Assembly (NCBI GenBank): GCA_964016885.1 | Contig: OZ024741.1 | Location: 70,556,001 to 70,620,000, forward strand | From: Eledone cirrhosa | Taxonomy: Eukaryota | Length of the DNA stretch: 64,000 nucleotides | Direction of reading: 5' to 3' | In this document: positions 39,901-52,700 of the stretch, piece after piece | Position numbering within the stretch: position 1 is the first letter of the stretch | How the letters are laid out: the number at the start of each line of letters is the position of its first letter | Translations under genes and position numbers: made by a program | The notes under the pieces: model-generated | What the model saw: the letters and a program-made list of their open reading frames with translations, nothing else | What the model was told of the DNA's origin: nothing | Database searches by the model: none

Positions 39901-40386
39901 TGTAGTTCAATGTCTGTGTTTATTGTTACCTGTTAAATAACTTGTCATTTCCACAGCTCAACAGTCATATCACATGATTCAATAACACATATTACTATAC
40001 AAGGACAATACTAGTGGGTGCAAGATGATATTTTCAGTCAGATTCTAGACTTCAAGAACTGCATTTAGTCATGAATTCCAACCAGCTTCCCATAACACGA
40101 TTCCAAGCTAAGGTTTATGAAGCTGGTAACAGTTGACCAAGTCAGTATCAGCTAATCAAGCCAGAATCAGCTAAGCAAGTATCAGCTGACCAAGCTAATG
40201 TTACATGATCAAGTCTATATAACCTAAGTCAATATTGGCTGATCAAATCTATATTGGCAGCTCAAGTCCATATCAGCAATATATTAAAGTAGGTCAGTTT
40301 AATGTACTAAGAGTGATCTTTGATATTGTATAGTTTCTATATAAAACAATGAATATGTATATGTATAAATGTGTCCATGTATGTAC

Positions 40387-40428
<42 letters not shown>

Positions 40429-40598
40429 GTGTCTATGTATGTACATATATATAAATGTGTGTGTGTAAAGATGCATAGACATATATACATGTCTCTTGGA
40501 AGCCAGTGTGGGTAAATATGTAAAACAGTGTGGGTAAATATGTAGATGTTTACATATACATGTAAACATCTACATATATATAACTCCCAGTTTTATTA

Positions 40599-40636
<38 letters not shown>

Positions 40637-43600
40637 TATATATGTCGGGTCACTCTTGAGTGCTACTAGTAACATGTAACCCAGTACAACCTGTCGCATG
40701 GTCGGGTCGTCAGCGACTAAACCGGCAACCCCACCAAGTTTACTTGGTGAGGAGAGAAATTTTGAACACTCTGCAGAACAAAAAACAAAACCTGACAATG
40801 GGCGGAAGAACTTATAAGAGTCAACGGCCATCCAAAAGTGTGTAAATATGTATATATACACATATACATGTGTATGTATATGTATATGTGTATATACATG
40901 GGTGCATGTGTATGTATATGCACGGTGACATAGAAATAGTTGGGCTGAACACCCGATCACGCAGTTAAACCACTGGGAGTGACGGACCCCTAGCCTTTGT
41001 CAGGGCATTCTTCTAGGAGAAGGCAACTCAGGAAACTGGGATAACTCCGATATAAAACCTGCAGCTCAGTAGTTACCGATGATGTTGATCTTTTCTTCTT
41101 TTCGGGTTATAGCTACTGTCGCTCAGAGAGTGGGATTGGCGCAGTGCACAGTCTTTCCTCACTTTAAAAAATATCTTCACGCACAGGCATTGCACGATAG
41201 AATTAATTAATAATTATTAATAATGGTATATCGTGCAATGGCCATTATAACGAGGGGGCAGAGATCATGTATATACAAACACAAAATGTATATATACATC
41301 TTTTAACAAATCGATTAAATAGATATATTTAAATTATTATGCAAATTTAAAATTCTAGTAAAGTGTTTTGTAACTGATACTCAGCTGTGCCCTGAAATAT
41401 ACAAGTTATCCAAACCTGCAAGCTATCCTCAAAATGAGGTTTACTTGAATAATCACTGATCTTTACACCTTTTAAGTTCCCTATAAAGTTCAGCCCATTC
41501 CATACCATATTTCTAATGACTGTTTTTTATATAATAACAATGAAAATTAATGTGTACCATGCTCAGATGCACTACAACTCATCAAAGGTGCATGTATAGT
41601 ACATAGAATAATGTACAAATGTCAAGAAAATGAATAGTGTGTGTATCATCACACACACATGCATGTGTATGGAGGGTGGGGATATCAGGTGAATTTCAGG
41701 AAGCATGGAAGTTTTGAAGGATGCAGTGTCCCGACAGCTAACAACTGAGGCAGGTAGTTTGTTCTATGCTTCAGCAACTCTGAGCATGAAAAAGATATAT
41801 ACTCTTTAAAACAAACAGTTTTGTATCATAAAAGCAGAAGAGATTTTTGGCATTTGGTATCAAATGGACTAAGAATCTATAACATTTCTAAAAAATGATA
41901 AGCAATTAGAATAAAATTTTAATTAGCGACAATAAAATAAATTCATCAGTTTTCTAAATCTTACTATTCTACCCTATATGAAGGAAACTTATTAAAGTTA
42001 AAAATATAAACATTTTAAAGTGTACAAGGACTTTACAATGTCCTAGTATATATTCATATATGATTATATGTATATGCCTTTATCTATGTGTGTGGATATG
42101 TAGGTTAGCTTTGAGAGTTATTCAAGTTCTTTATTTCAAGCTGGTTACTATCAAAGTGATGAGAATTTTTTTGTTTGTTTGTTTGTGTGTGTGTGTTTAT
42201 ATATATATAATATGATGATTATATATAAATGTAATCTGAGTTTTTCGAATATTAATAATAATATTTGATTCATTTGCTATTATGCCATGCTATTATACAT
42301 GTGTTGGCATGTAAACAGAACTACAGACACTAATGTTTCTGGGTGATTACCCAGCCATGTAGAGCGCTAAACTATTTTGTTAGTTATTATATATACTAGC
42401 AGAAAAAGTAGTTTTCTGCTAGCATGTGTAGTGTGTATCATCATCATCATCATCATTTCATTTTACGTCCACTTTTCCCTGCTTGCAAGGAACTGATTCT
42501 GGCTTGATTTCTACAGCTGGATGCCCTTCCTAACACCAACCTCATTTACAGTGAGTGCTGGGTGCTTTTTTTTTTGCCGTGGCACCTCCACGACCACTTT
42601 GCAGTGGAATGATATGGACCCCAGTCCTTATCATCTCATTTCTACAGCTGAGTAAACTGGAGCAATGTGAAATAAAGTGTCTTGCTCAAGATATATACAG
42701 TGAGATATGATCAAATAAAATCATAATTGACAATATACACAGAAATTGAATGAAGAATGTGTTACACTGTCTTATGTAATCAGTAACGTAATCCATGATA
42801 CATTAAAAAAAGACGATATTATATATAAACTGCATTAGGAGAAAATTAGTGACAGAAATATATGAATGTTTATTTAAACGATCACTAACCGGAAGTGTTG
42901 ACATTTGAAAATTTTAAAGAAGTGAATCTTTAAATAAGTAATAAAATATATTTAATGAACAGCTACGAAATTTAGTGGATAAATTATGTAATATTCATTC
43001 ATTATTTATTCAAAGTAAAATAAAGTACCAGTAATGAACTGGGTATTTGCTGGCCTTGTGCCTAAAGTAGAAACAATTATTTATTCAAAGTAATCCAACT
43101 TATTTTACTAAGGGGATAAAAAATTATAAACCGTACACAGTCCCGCGCTTCTTACTTTATATATAGCTTAATGTGTTATAATCTTATGTTACTGTTGGTA
43201 CCCCAACTTGAGCATAGGTAGGTTTTATTAAGTATAGTACGCAGTGTTATACATTTGCTCTTATACTATCGTTGGTTTCCTTCATAAGCAGAGTATAATA
43301 TTAATTTTTTCTACTTTTGGCACAAGGCCAGCAATTATCCCAGTACATTACTGGTACTTTATTTTATCGGTAATATACTGGGATAATTGCTGGCCATGTG
43401 CCAAAAGTAGAAACAATTAATATTATACTCTGCTTATGAAGGAAACCAACGATAGTATAAGAGCAAATATATAATATTAATAATAAATAGGTATGAGGTG
43501 TCAGAGTATCATCTTTAAGTTTATTCAGGTGTGATGTGCATTTTAACAAAGCAAGAGTTTGATGAGCTTTTGATTCTAGTTGGACCCGATCAATACAGAT

Positions 43601-43692
43601 CGAACCTTGAGCTGATCAATAATGAAACATGCGTCACACTTGAATAAACTTTATGATGATACTCTGACACCTCATTCCTACTAATTATTAAT

Positions 43693-43723
<31 letters not shown>

Positions 43724-46700
43724 AGATATATATATGTGTGTGTGTGTGTGTAGATATATATATGTATATCTGTGTGTATATGTGTGTGTATGTATATCTA
43801 CACGTGTGTGCATGTCTATATATATGTATACAGACACACAAACACATACCCATATATACATTCATGCATGCACACACACAAATATATGTATAATTTTCCA
43901 TTTTCTTACTTTATCTTTTGTTTTGTTGGATACAGTATGTGACTGTAACCCAGTGGGTGCCATACAAGTTGCTGGGCAACCCCTTGGTGATTGTGGTGTG
44001 AGCAACAATAACCAGCGGTGCAGATGTAAAGAAAGGGTTACTGGAGAGAAGTGTAACATGTGTAAGCAAGGATTTTGGAATCTTGAAAGCCGACATGAAA
44101 AGGGTTGTGCAGGTAAGCTTGTTGATTAATTTTTTCTTTAGAACAAGTTAGAACAGATAATGTATGTAAGATCCTGTATCTGATGGTGACGTTGTAGGGA
44201 TACTGTAGTGATATACAGCATGTCTTAGGCATTTTCAACCGGGTGGAGCCAATCCCTCTTCAGCTCTGAACACAGCCAATTTCTTTCAAAAGATGAGAGA
44301 GAGAGAGAGATATATAAAGGAAGTGTGAAAGAAATATAGAGGAAGAATCAACTCCAGTACTGGACAGGTCTGGACTGGTCTGGACTGGACTGGATTGGCC
44401 AGTACTGGACAGGTCTGGACTGGACTGGACTTGACTTGATTGGGACTTTTTCTTGTCAACCTCAAAAGAATGAAAGTTGAAGTTGACATCGGAGGGGTTT
44501 GAACTTAGATCACAGAGTGCTAGACTAGAACTAATACCACAAGGCATTCTATCTGTCGTTCTTAAAATAATTCCCCACCATGATAAATAGTATCAGCTAT
44601 GAAAAGACTAATGAAAATATAATCTCCTTGGTCCAGTCTGAGTATAGGCATCTTTGTTCCTTGATCTTCTATAGTTTGATACCTGAGGGGAAATGTGTAG
44701 GTAGGGTGTTTTTGATAGCTATGGGCATGAAGGATTGGAAAAAATATTTGGTGTGGGATTTTAGACTTTGCAGCCAGCAGAAACCTGTTTGATGGATTAT
44801 TCCTGTATTTCAAAGCCTCACTTTGTCACATTCTGTATCATGCTGATTCTGCATAAGGATTATGTTGAGTACACGTACTTATGGAATACTCAGCTTCTTA
44901 CATACTACTTTAATGAACAGGTAGTACAGTTCTTCCTTTATATCTCTTTCTCACTTCCCTTTTTTTTTCTTTTTTTTACTATATTCTTCTCTAGAAGAAA
45001 TCTGCTGTATTCCAATCTGGAGAGGAGATGGGCTTTGTCAGGTTTTGTTTTTAAAACAATGCTCTAAAAACGCTGTGTAACAATACAGCACCCCTATGAC
45101 TCCCTCAGGAGTTACAGGATCATACATACACACATGCACACATGCATTTACACATGCATACACTCACATACAAACACATGCACTCGCTCACACATTTTTA
45201 TATAAAATATATGTATAGATGACATAGGTACATAGATATGTATGTTGAAAATGTTTTAAATTTACATTTTATTTTTCTTTGTAATTATTTACACTAACCA
45301 TTTCTGTACAGAATGTCAATGTAACTCTGGTGGAACAACTGGTGGTTTTGATGACTGTGATTGGAGAAGTGGTCAATGTATGTGTAAACCTTCTGTGACT
45401 GGCCGTATGTGTTCCACATGTTTGCGAGGAACCTACAATCTTCAAAGCAACAACCCATTTGGATGTGAAGGTAAGTTAGAGCATACTTATTTATGAATTT
45501 AACTCTTTCATTATCATATTTCTTATGAAAGCTATGATTTTCTATTAATTTTGGAAAATAATCAAGAATCTTTAAGGATTTATGACAAAGTTTCTTATTA
45601 TTAAGCTGGTGTTTGTTGTATACATAGAATTATTTTGGAAGGTTTTTAGATAAATATAAACACCTTAAACAAACAGTTTTGTATCATAGAACCAGGCATG
45701 ATTTAAAGTATTTAGTATCAAAAGGGTTAAAGTAGTCTACCTAAATGTGATGTAAACTGAAGCAAAATTAACCAAAACATTGCTTAGATTATTTTGTTTT
45801 TAAAGTAAAGTGCTTCATTTCATGCTCTTCTAGTCCACTCAGATAGAAAGGAAAAAAATTAGTAATAGTGGTAGCTGGGGTTAATTTTGTGATGGAATGG
45901 CATCCTATCTAGGGAAAAAGTCTTCTATTCTCAATCACTTAACACCCATGACACTGGGTTAACTTCTGTGTTTTATTCAGCCAATGAAAGCATAGAAGAA
46001 CAGATATAAAAGAACTTATTAAATTAAAACCTGATTTATGAATGTTCTCTCTTCTACATTTCAGCTTGTAATTGCAATGTTGGAGGTTCAATAAACAGAG
46101 AATGCAGATCCAGCAATGGTCAGTGTACATGTAAAACGGGTGTTGAAGGAATGAAATGTGACCGGTATGTTCTTTAGTTCTTCAATTTGTTTTAGATCAT
46201 CTTTGCCACATCTATCTTGTTACTTTCATGTCCATCTAGGGGCATGATCTTTGCTCCCTTCCCGAATATGTTACTTCCACATCTATCTAGGGACATGATC
46301 TTTGCTCCCTCCCTAACTTGTTACTTCCACGGCTGTCTAGGTCCAAGGCTATCTAGGGACATGATCTTTGCTCCCTCCCCTAACTTCTTACTTCCACACC
46401 CTTCTCTTCCCTTATTCTTCATTGTTGCAATATTACCCCACTCTCACTAATTCAGTCATCCTGCAAAGCCAATTGATATTTTCTCCCTCTCACTCCCTCC
46501 ATCTACCCTGCTCTTTCCTTTCTTTCTCTCCCTTTCCCTCCTTCCCTCTACTCTGCTCTATCCCAAACAATAGGTTTCTCTTCTAATTGACAGCATCTCT
46601 AATATATAATACTTGATGTGTGTTGATTTGTTGGTCTGATGTTACATTTGACAACATATAAAGAGAAGGGAGAGACAGGAAAATTGGAATAATTAACATA

Positions 46701-49700
46701 TGTTGAAAGAATTGTATACATACTGAGAAATGTGGCAAAGACTAAGGTTGATAAAAAGGCAAAATAACTCTATTCAGGTGAAATCTCTCTCTCTCTTACA
46801 CATGCATAAGAACTCTCTCTCTCCCATACACATACATAAGAACTCTCTCTCATACACACATAAACTCTCTTTCACTCTCTCCCAAACACATACATAAGCA
46901 CTCTCTCTCTCTCACACACACACACAGTTTTGTCCAAATGCAAGCATAGTGGATTCCTTTATTTATCTATATATATATTTATCCACAGTGACAAAATTAC
47001 CTGTTATATGTTTATGAAATCCCATTTCATCTATACTTGTTGTATACTGAGTGTATTTACAGGTCATCATCATCATCATCATCACCACTACCACTACTCC
47101 CTCTCCTGCCATTTGAAAGTCCATTTTTCATGCTTGCATAGGTTAGACATGTCATGATACGAGGCTTGACCAGTCAAGTGACAATGACTTGCTCATACAT
47201 TCTGTTTTTACTTGATTTCCATGGTTAGATGCCCTTCCTAATGCCGACCAATTTACATGTACTGGGAGCATTTTATTATGACTCCAGCACTGCCATCTTA
47301 CAGAGTGGACTGGGTGTATTTTATCAGGGCATCAACACTACTACTTTACAGAGTGGGCTGGGTGCATTTTATTGTGGCATCAGAAGTGCCACCTTACAAG
47401 GAGGACTGGGTGCATTTTATCATGATTCCAGCATTTCCACCTTACAGAGTTGGCTGGGTGCATTTTATTGTGGCATTAGCACTACCACTTTACAGAGTTG
47501 GCTGGGTGTATTTTATTGTGACATTAGCACTACCACTTTACAGGATGAACTGGGTGCATTTTATTGTGGCATCAGCACTACCACACTTGCTATGTAAAAT
47601 CATATTTAGTTATCAACAAATTACTCTGTCTAAACACTTTCCAACAGACCTCGACGTGGCTTCTACTTTCCAACATTACATCAACATAAATATGAATTTG
47701 AAGATGGTTCTCAATATGGAGGAGGTAAAGCTATCTTTGCATTCAGTGATGGGGACTTCCCAGAGTTTTCTTGGAGAGGCTATGCCATTATGTCAAGTAA
47801 GCAGGTAAGTTTGAAAATATATATCTTGCAGTTGTTATTGTTGTTTGTATGGGTATGTGTGTTGGTATGGGTTTGTATATACATTAATTAAAAGCAATGC
47901 CTCATGAGCTCTAACCTAGTGGTTTGGGTGTAAAAGTCATGGGTATATTTCCCAAACTGGGCAGTCTGCTGTGTTCTTGAACAAGTGTCTTCATTTCATA
48001 TTGATCTAATCCACTTAGTTTTAAAAAATATGCCTAACAGTGGCAGCTGGAAGTGGGGTTAATCCCCAGTAACAGACTGGCATCTTGTCTAACAGGAAAT
48101 CTTGAACTCTCAGTCACATAATGCTAATGAAGCCCTGGGGTAAGTACTGGCTGGGTGAGCCTTTAGGCTTGAAATAATCTGACAGGACCTGCTTGAATGC
48201 ATGCTTGAAGCATCTTCCCCCATGACCCTCCCAGGGATAAATAGACAAAGAAGAAGCACTCTTAATATGTAATAGTTTACCCAGAAAATATCTTCAAATG
48301 GATTTGTTAATTCAAATGTTTATAGTATCTTTACTAGTGGATAGGTCATTGTAAAAATTTGTAATATTTGTGTAAGGACTTTAATTTTTAATATAATACA
48401 TTCATAGTAATATTTTATGTTTCAAGAATGTGGTACAAGATATTAAGAGTTAAACAACTGTATCCATTCCATAGGTTAGCTCTTACAATAACAATGACAA
48501 CAAACCATTGAGAGAATATCTACATCGCTGCAAGACCTCTTAGAAATAGCAGCCTAATATTTCTCAGATCACATTCCTGTTTTTGAAAATAGGAAACAGT
48601 GGTCTTAGATACAATGTCTGGTGAAAGAAAAAAAAGAATAGATGATCATGGATGGACAACTTTGGTGATAGGTTTCCATATATAATGGCTGATCTGTGGT
48701 TAATCAACCACAATAACAACAACAATGCTTTTTAATTTAGGCACAAGGTCAAGAATTTGTCATGGTGGGAAATTTGATTACATTGACCCAGTACTTGGCG
48801 GATACTTTATTTTATTGAACCCTATAAGGATGAAAGCTAAAATTGGTCTAGGCAGGATTTGAACTCAAAACATAAAGGGCCATGACTAAATACTGCAAAG
48901 TATTTTGTCTGACACTTTAACAATTCGGCCAATCCCCCCAACAATAACATGAAAACTAATTTAATTGCTAATTTTGTTACTTTTATTAATTCACAGAGAG
49001 AGATTCTGGTAAATGTAATGGTCAAACGCCCGATACTCTGTCGCCTTATTATCCACTACTTCAACAAGCAACGCCAGACAGTCCATGGAACTGTTTCTGC
49101 GATCACTACTGGGCAGAAGACTGATATCCTGTACAGACCATCACATAAACCAGAATCCACTAAGTTGTCAGATTTTGGTATACCTTTTGTACTAAATCCA
49201 GGGCAGTGGACTTTGTCATTTAAAGCTGATCAAGACATCCTATTGGTAAGCCAAAACTAATTTATACTATATATATATATATTTCTTCTTTAATATATAC
49301 TCCAGTTCTACCAACTGTTGAGTGCTACTTATCTGATATATGCATAGTTTTATTGTTCTACAATATTACTCACCTTCTACATATACATATATATTATACA
49401 CACAGCATCACTCATTCCACTATCACCCTCATTGGTGTTCCAAACATTCTTTTCTTATCTTCCATTTAGGATTATTTTGTGCTCATTCCTCAACAATATT
49501 ATGAACCAACAGTGTTACAGTATCAAGTAGCCAAGCAATGTAGAACCCCAGCCAATAATGAACCGTAAGTAACCATTTTCTTAAGTTTCTTACCAAATGA
49601 TACTGCCTATAATTTTTAAATAATTTTGAATATAATCAAGAATTTTGAGAGATTTAGTAATATAACTTTCTTATTATTAAGCTGTTGTTTGGAACATAAC

Positions 49701-52700
49701 TTAACAAAGATTCTTACATAAAATTATGATGGAAGGTTGTTTTAGATATAAACTTTTTGAAACAGTTCTGTATCATAGTACCAGGGGTGTTTTCAGGCTG
49801 CTTAGTATCAATAGGGTTAACCCTTTTGTGACCATATTTTCAATGAAATACACTTTCATCATCATCATCATCATCATCATCATTTTACGTCCGCTTTTCC
49901 CTGCTTGCAAGGGTGGGACGGGTCTTATTCAGCACAGCATCTCTCCACTCGTCACGGTCCCTCGTCATCTCCACCGTGAGCTTCAATGATCTGAGGTCTG
50001 TTCTCACCACCTCCGCCCATGTTTTTCGTGGTCTACCTCTACCACGTCTTCCTTCAACTGGCATTTCCTGGCACTTCTTCACCCATCGGTCATCCTCCAT
50101 GCGCATCACATGTCCATACCACCTCAGTCTCCTCTCCCGTACACTACATTCTATCCCTCTCAGACACAGTTTCTCTCAACACATTTATGCTGGGTCGTTC
50201 ACGCACATTTACACTGCACATCCAATGGAGCATGCTTGCCTCATTTCTCTCCAGCCGTCGCATATCTTCTGCGGTAGCTGCCCATGTCTCACTACCATGC
50301 AGCATCGCGCTCCTCACACAGGCATCATACAACCGGCCTTTCGTACGCAGGGAGAAACCCTTCTTCGTCAACAGAGGAAACAGCTCCCTAAACTTCTTCC
50401 AACCCGTCCTTATTCTAGATACTATGGCCTCGGAACACCCTCCTCCCATGCTAATCTGATCTCCTAGGTACCGGAAGCTATCCACCACTTCTATAGCGCC
50501 CTCTCGCATTTGAAAAATGTGTCTATCAGTGCGACTTCTACTGTCTAATTTCCCTGTACATCTACTGCATACATATTTCTCCCTACCTGTTAGTTTGCCT
50601 GCTATCCCGCTACATCTCTTGTGTACCCAGGACCTACATTGTGTGCATTTTATAGAATTTATGCAAGTTCCTTTTCTGCATATCGAACATGGCCATTTCC
50701 CTGACGGAATTAGGGTTTTGTCCTCTTTTCTACTCATCAACACTTTTGTCTTAGCTAGATTTACTCTCAGTCCTCTTGCTTCCAACTGCTGTTTCCATAG
50801 CCGGAATTTATTCTCTAGCTCCTCTACTGATTCTGCCATAAGAGCCAGATCGTCAGCATAGAGAAGTTCCCATGGACAGCCAGTCTTAAACTCCCCTGTT
50901 ATGGCTTGGAGGACTATAATGAACAAGAGCGGGCTGAGGACCGAACCCTGATGTACTCCTACTTGTATCTGGAATTCCTCACTAAACTCCATTCCTACCC
51001 TGACTTTACTGAGAGTACCTCTGTACAAAGTTTGCACTGTCCTTACAAGCCATTCCTCAACACCCAGCTTCCTTAGGGACCACCAGATGACAGATCGGGG
51101 TACCCTATCAAAGGCCTTCTCTAGGTCAACAAAGGCTAAGTATAGTGGCTTATTCTTCTCTAAGAACCTCTCTTGCATTTGTCTCACCAAGAAGAGGGCA
51201 TCTGTTGTACTCTTCCCAGGCACAAAACCAAACTGCATCTCATCTAGTTTGACCCTTTCTCTAATTAGTTGTGCTAAAATCCTTTCTGCCACTTTCATAA
51301 CCTGATCTATCAGTTTTATACCCCTATAATTGCTCCTCTCCAAAGCATCCCCTTTACCTTTGTAGCAATTTATGAGAATACTGCTGCACCAGTCTTTGGG
51401 TATGACACCACCATATATAGCCTGATTGATTATGCGTGCAACCAGTTTAGTGCCTACGTCCCCTGATGCCTTCAGCATCTCAGCAACTATTCCCGATGGT
51501 CCGGCCGCCTTACCATTTTTCATTTCCCTAATCGCCTCTTGGACCCTATATTCGTCAATCTCAATAGCTGGTCCCTCTGTCGGATCTACCAAGGGTAATT
51601 TCTCTCTCTCCCATTCGTTCTCCACATTCATCAGTCTCTCATAATGACATTACATGACTTTATACATTTCAATTCATTTTGAAAATATTGACAATTTGAA
51701 AGGACTAAAATAACTAATTTCATTATTATTAATCTGATGATTAGGCCCTTGTGGTAAAAAAAGAAGGAATTATTATTAATCTGATGGGTTGGCAGTATCA
51801 GTAGTGTCAGACAAAAGGTTTTTTTTGGTATTCAATTTTTGACATTTTACATTCTGAGTTCAAATCATACCATGGTCAACTTTGCCATCCATCCTTCCAA
51901 GGTTGATAAAATAATGCACCAATCCAGCAATGAGGTCAATTTGACTAACCCATCTCCAAAAGATTTGCTGACCTTGTGCTTAATATGATTATTATGAAGT
52001 TTTGAAAAGATTTCTAAAGTTACAAGAAGTTAGAATTTAAATCTGAAAATGTTTTAAATGGATGAGTCGTGTATCATGGAATCAGGAGTGGTGTCACATA
52101 ATAACAGTGTTGAGTTACATTCTCATTAGTTCTGATTGCAGATATTACTGGAGTTTATTTGACTTTCATTGTTTCCAGAGTTGGTAAATTAAATACTGCT
52201 AGTACTGAGATTGGGACAGCAAACTGTAGTATGTTTGCCTCTTATGAAGTTTTAAATAGTTTTGAACATAGGCAGTCAGAAAATATTTTTGAAAAATTCT
52301 AAATTTCTGTAAAACTCTAGATTTCCTGTGTTCTGTACAAAACCACATCACGTAATGTAAAAGAAAAAACTCTAACCATTTTGACCTATTGTTCTTTTCC
52401 TGTGTTTTTCCACCTTCAGAATAGCTGGTATAATATTGCCTGCAAATCATAAGTAGTTTATATAAGGGCCTTGAGCATATGTGACTGAAAAATATTTTTA
52501 GAATATTAAAAAAAGCTGTAACAATTTGTAACGTCTTGTTCCACATAAAACTGCATCACCTGATCTAAAGGAGAGAAATCTAACCATTCTGTTATGCTTT
52601 TTCTGATTTTTTTCAACTCTCAGAAAACCCAACATTATGCCTTCTCCAAAATATTGGCACTTTTATATAATGGTCTTGAACATTAAACATTTTAAAAAAA

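Noticed and set aside
34846-43901. Numerous 60-140 aa ORFs rich in Y/I/C/V/H/T/F
   Set aside because: Translations of (TA)n, (CA)n and T-rich low-complexity DNA; the flanking laminin exons join in phase, so no exon is missing
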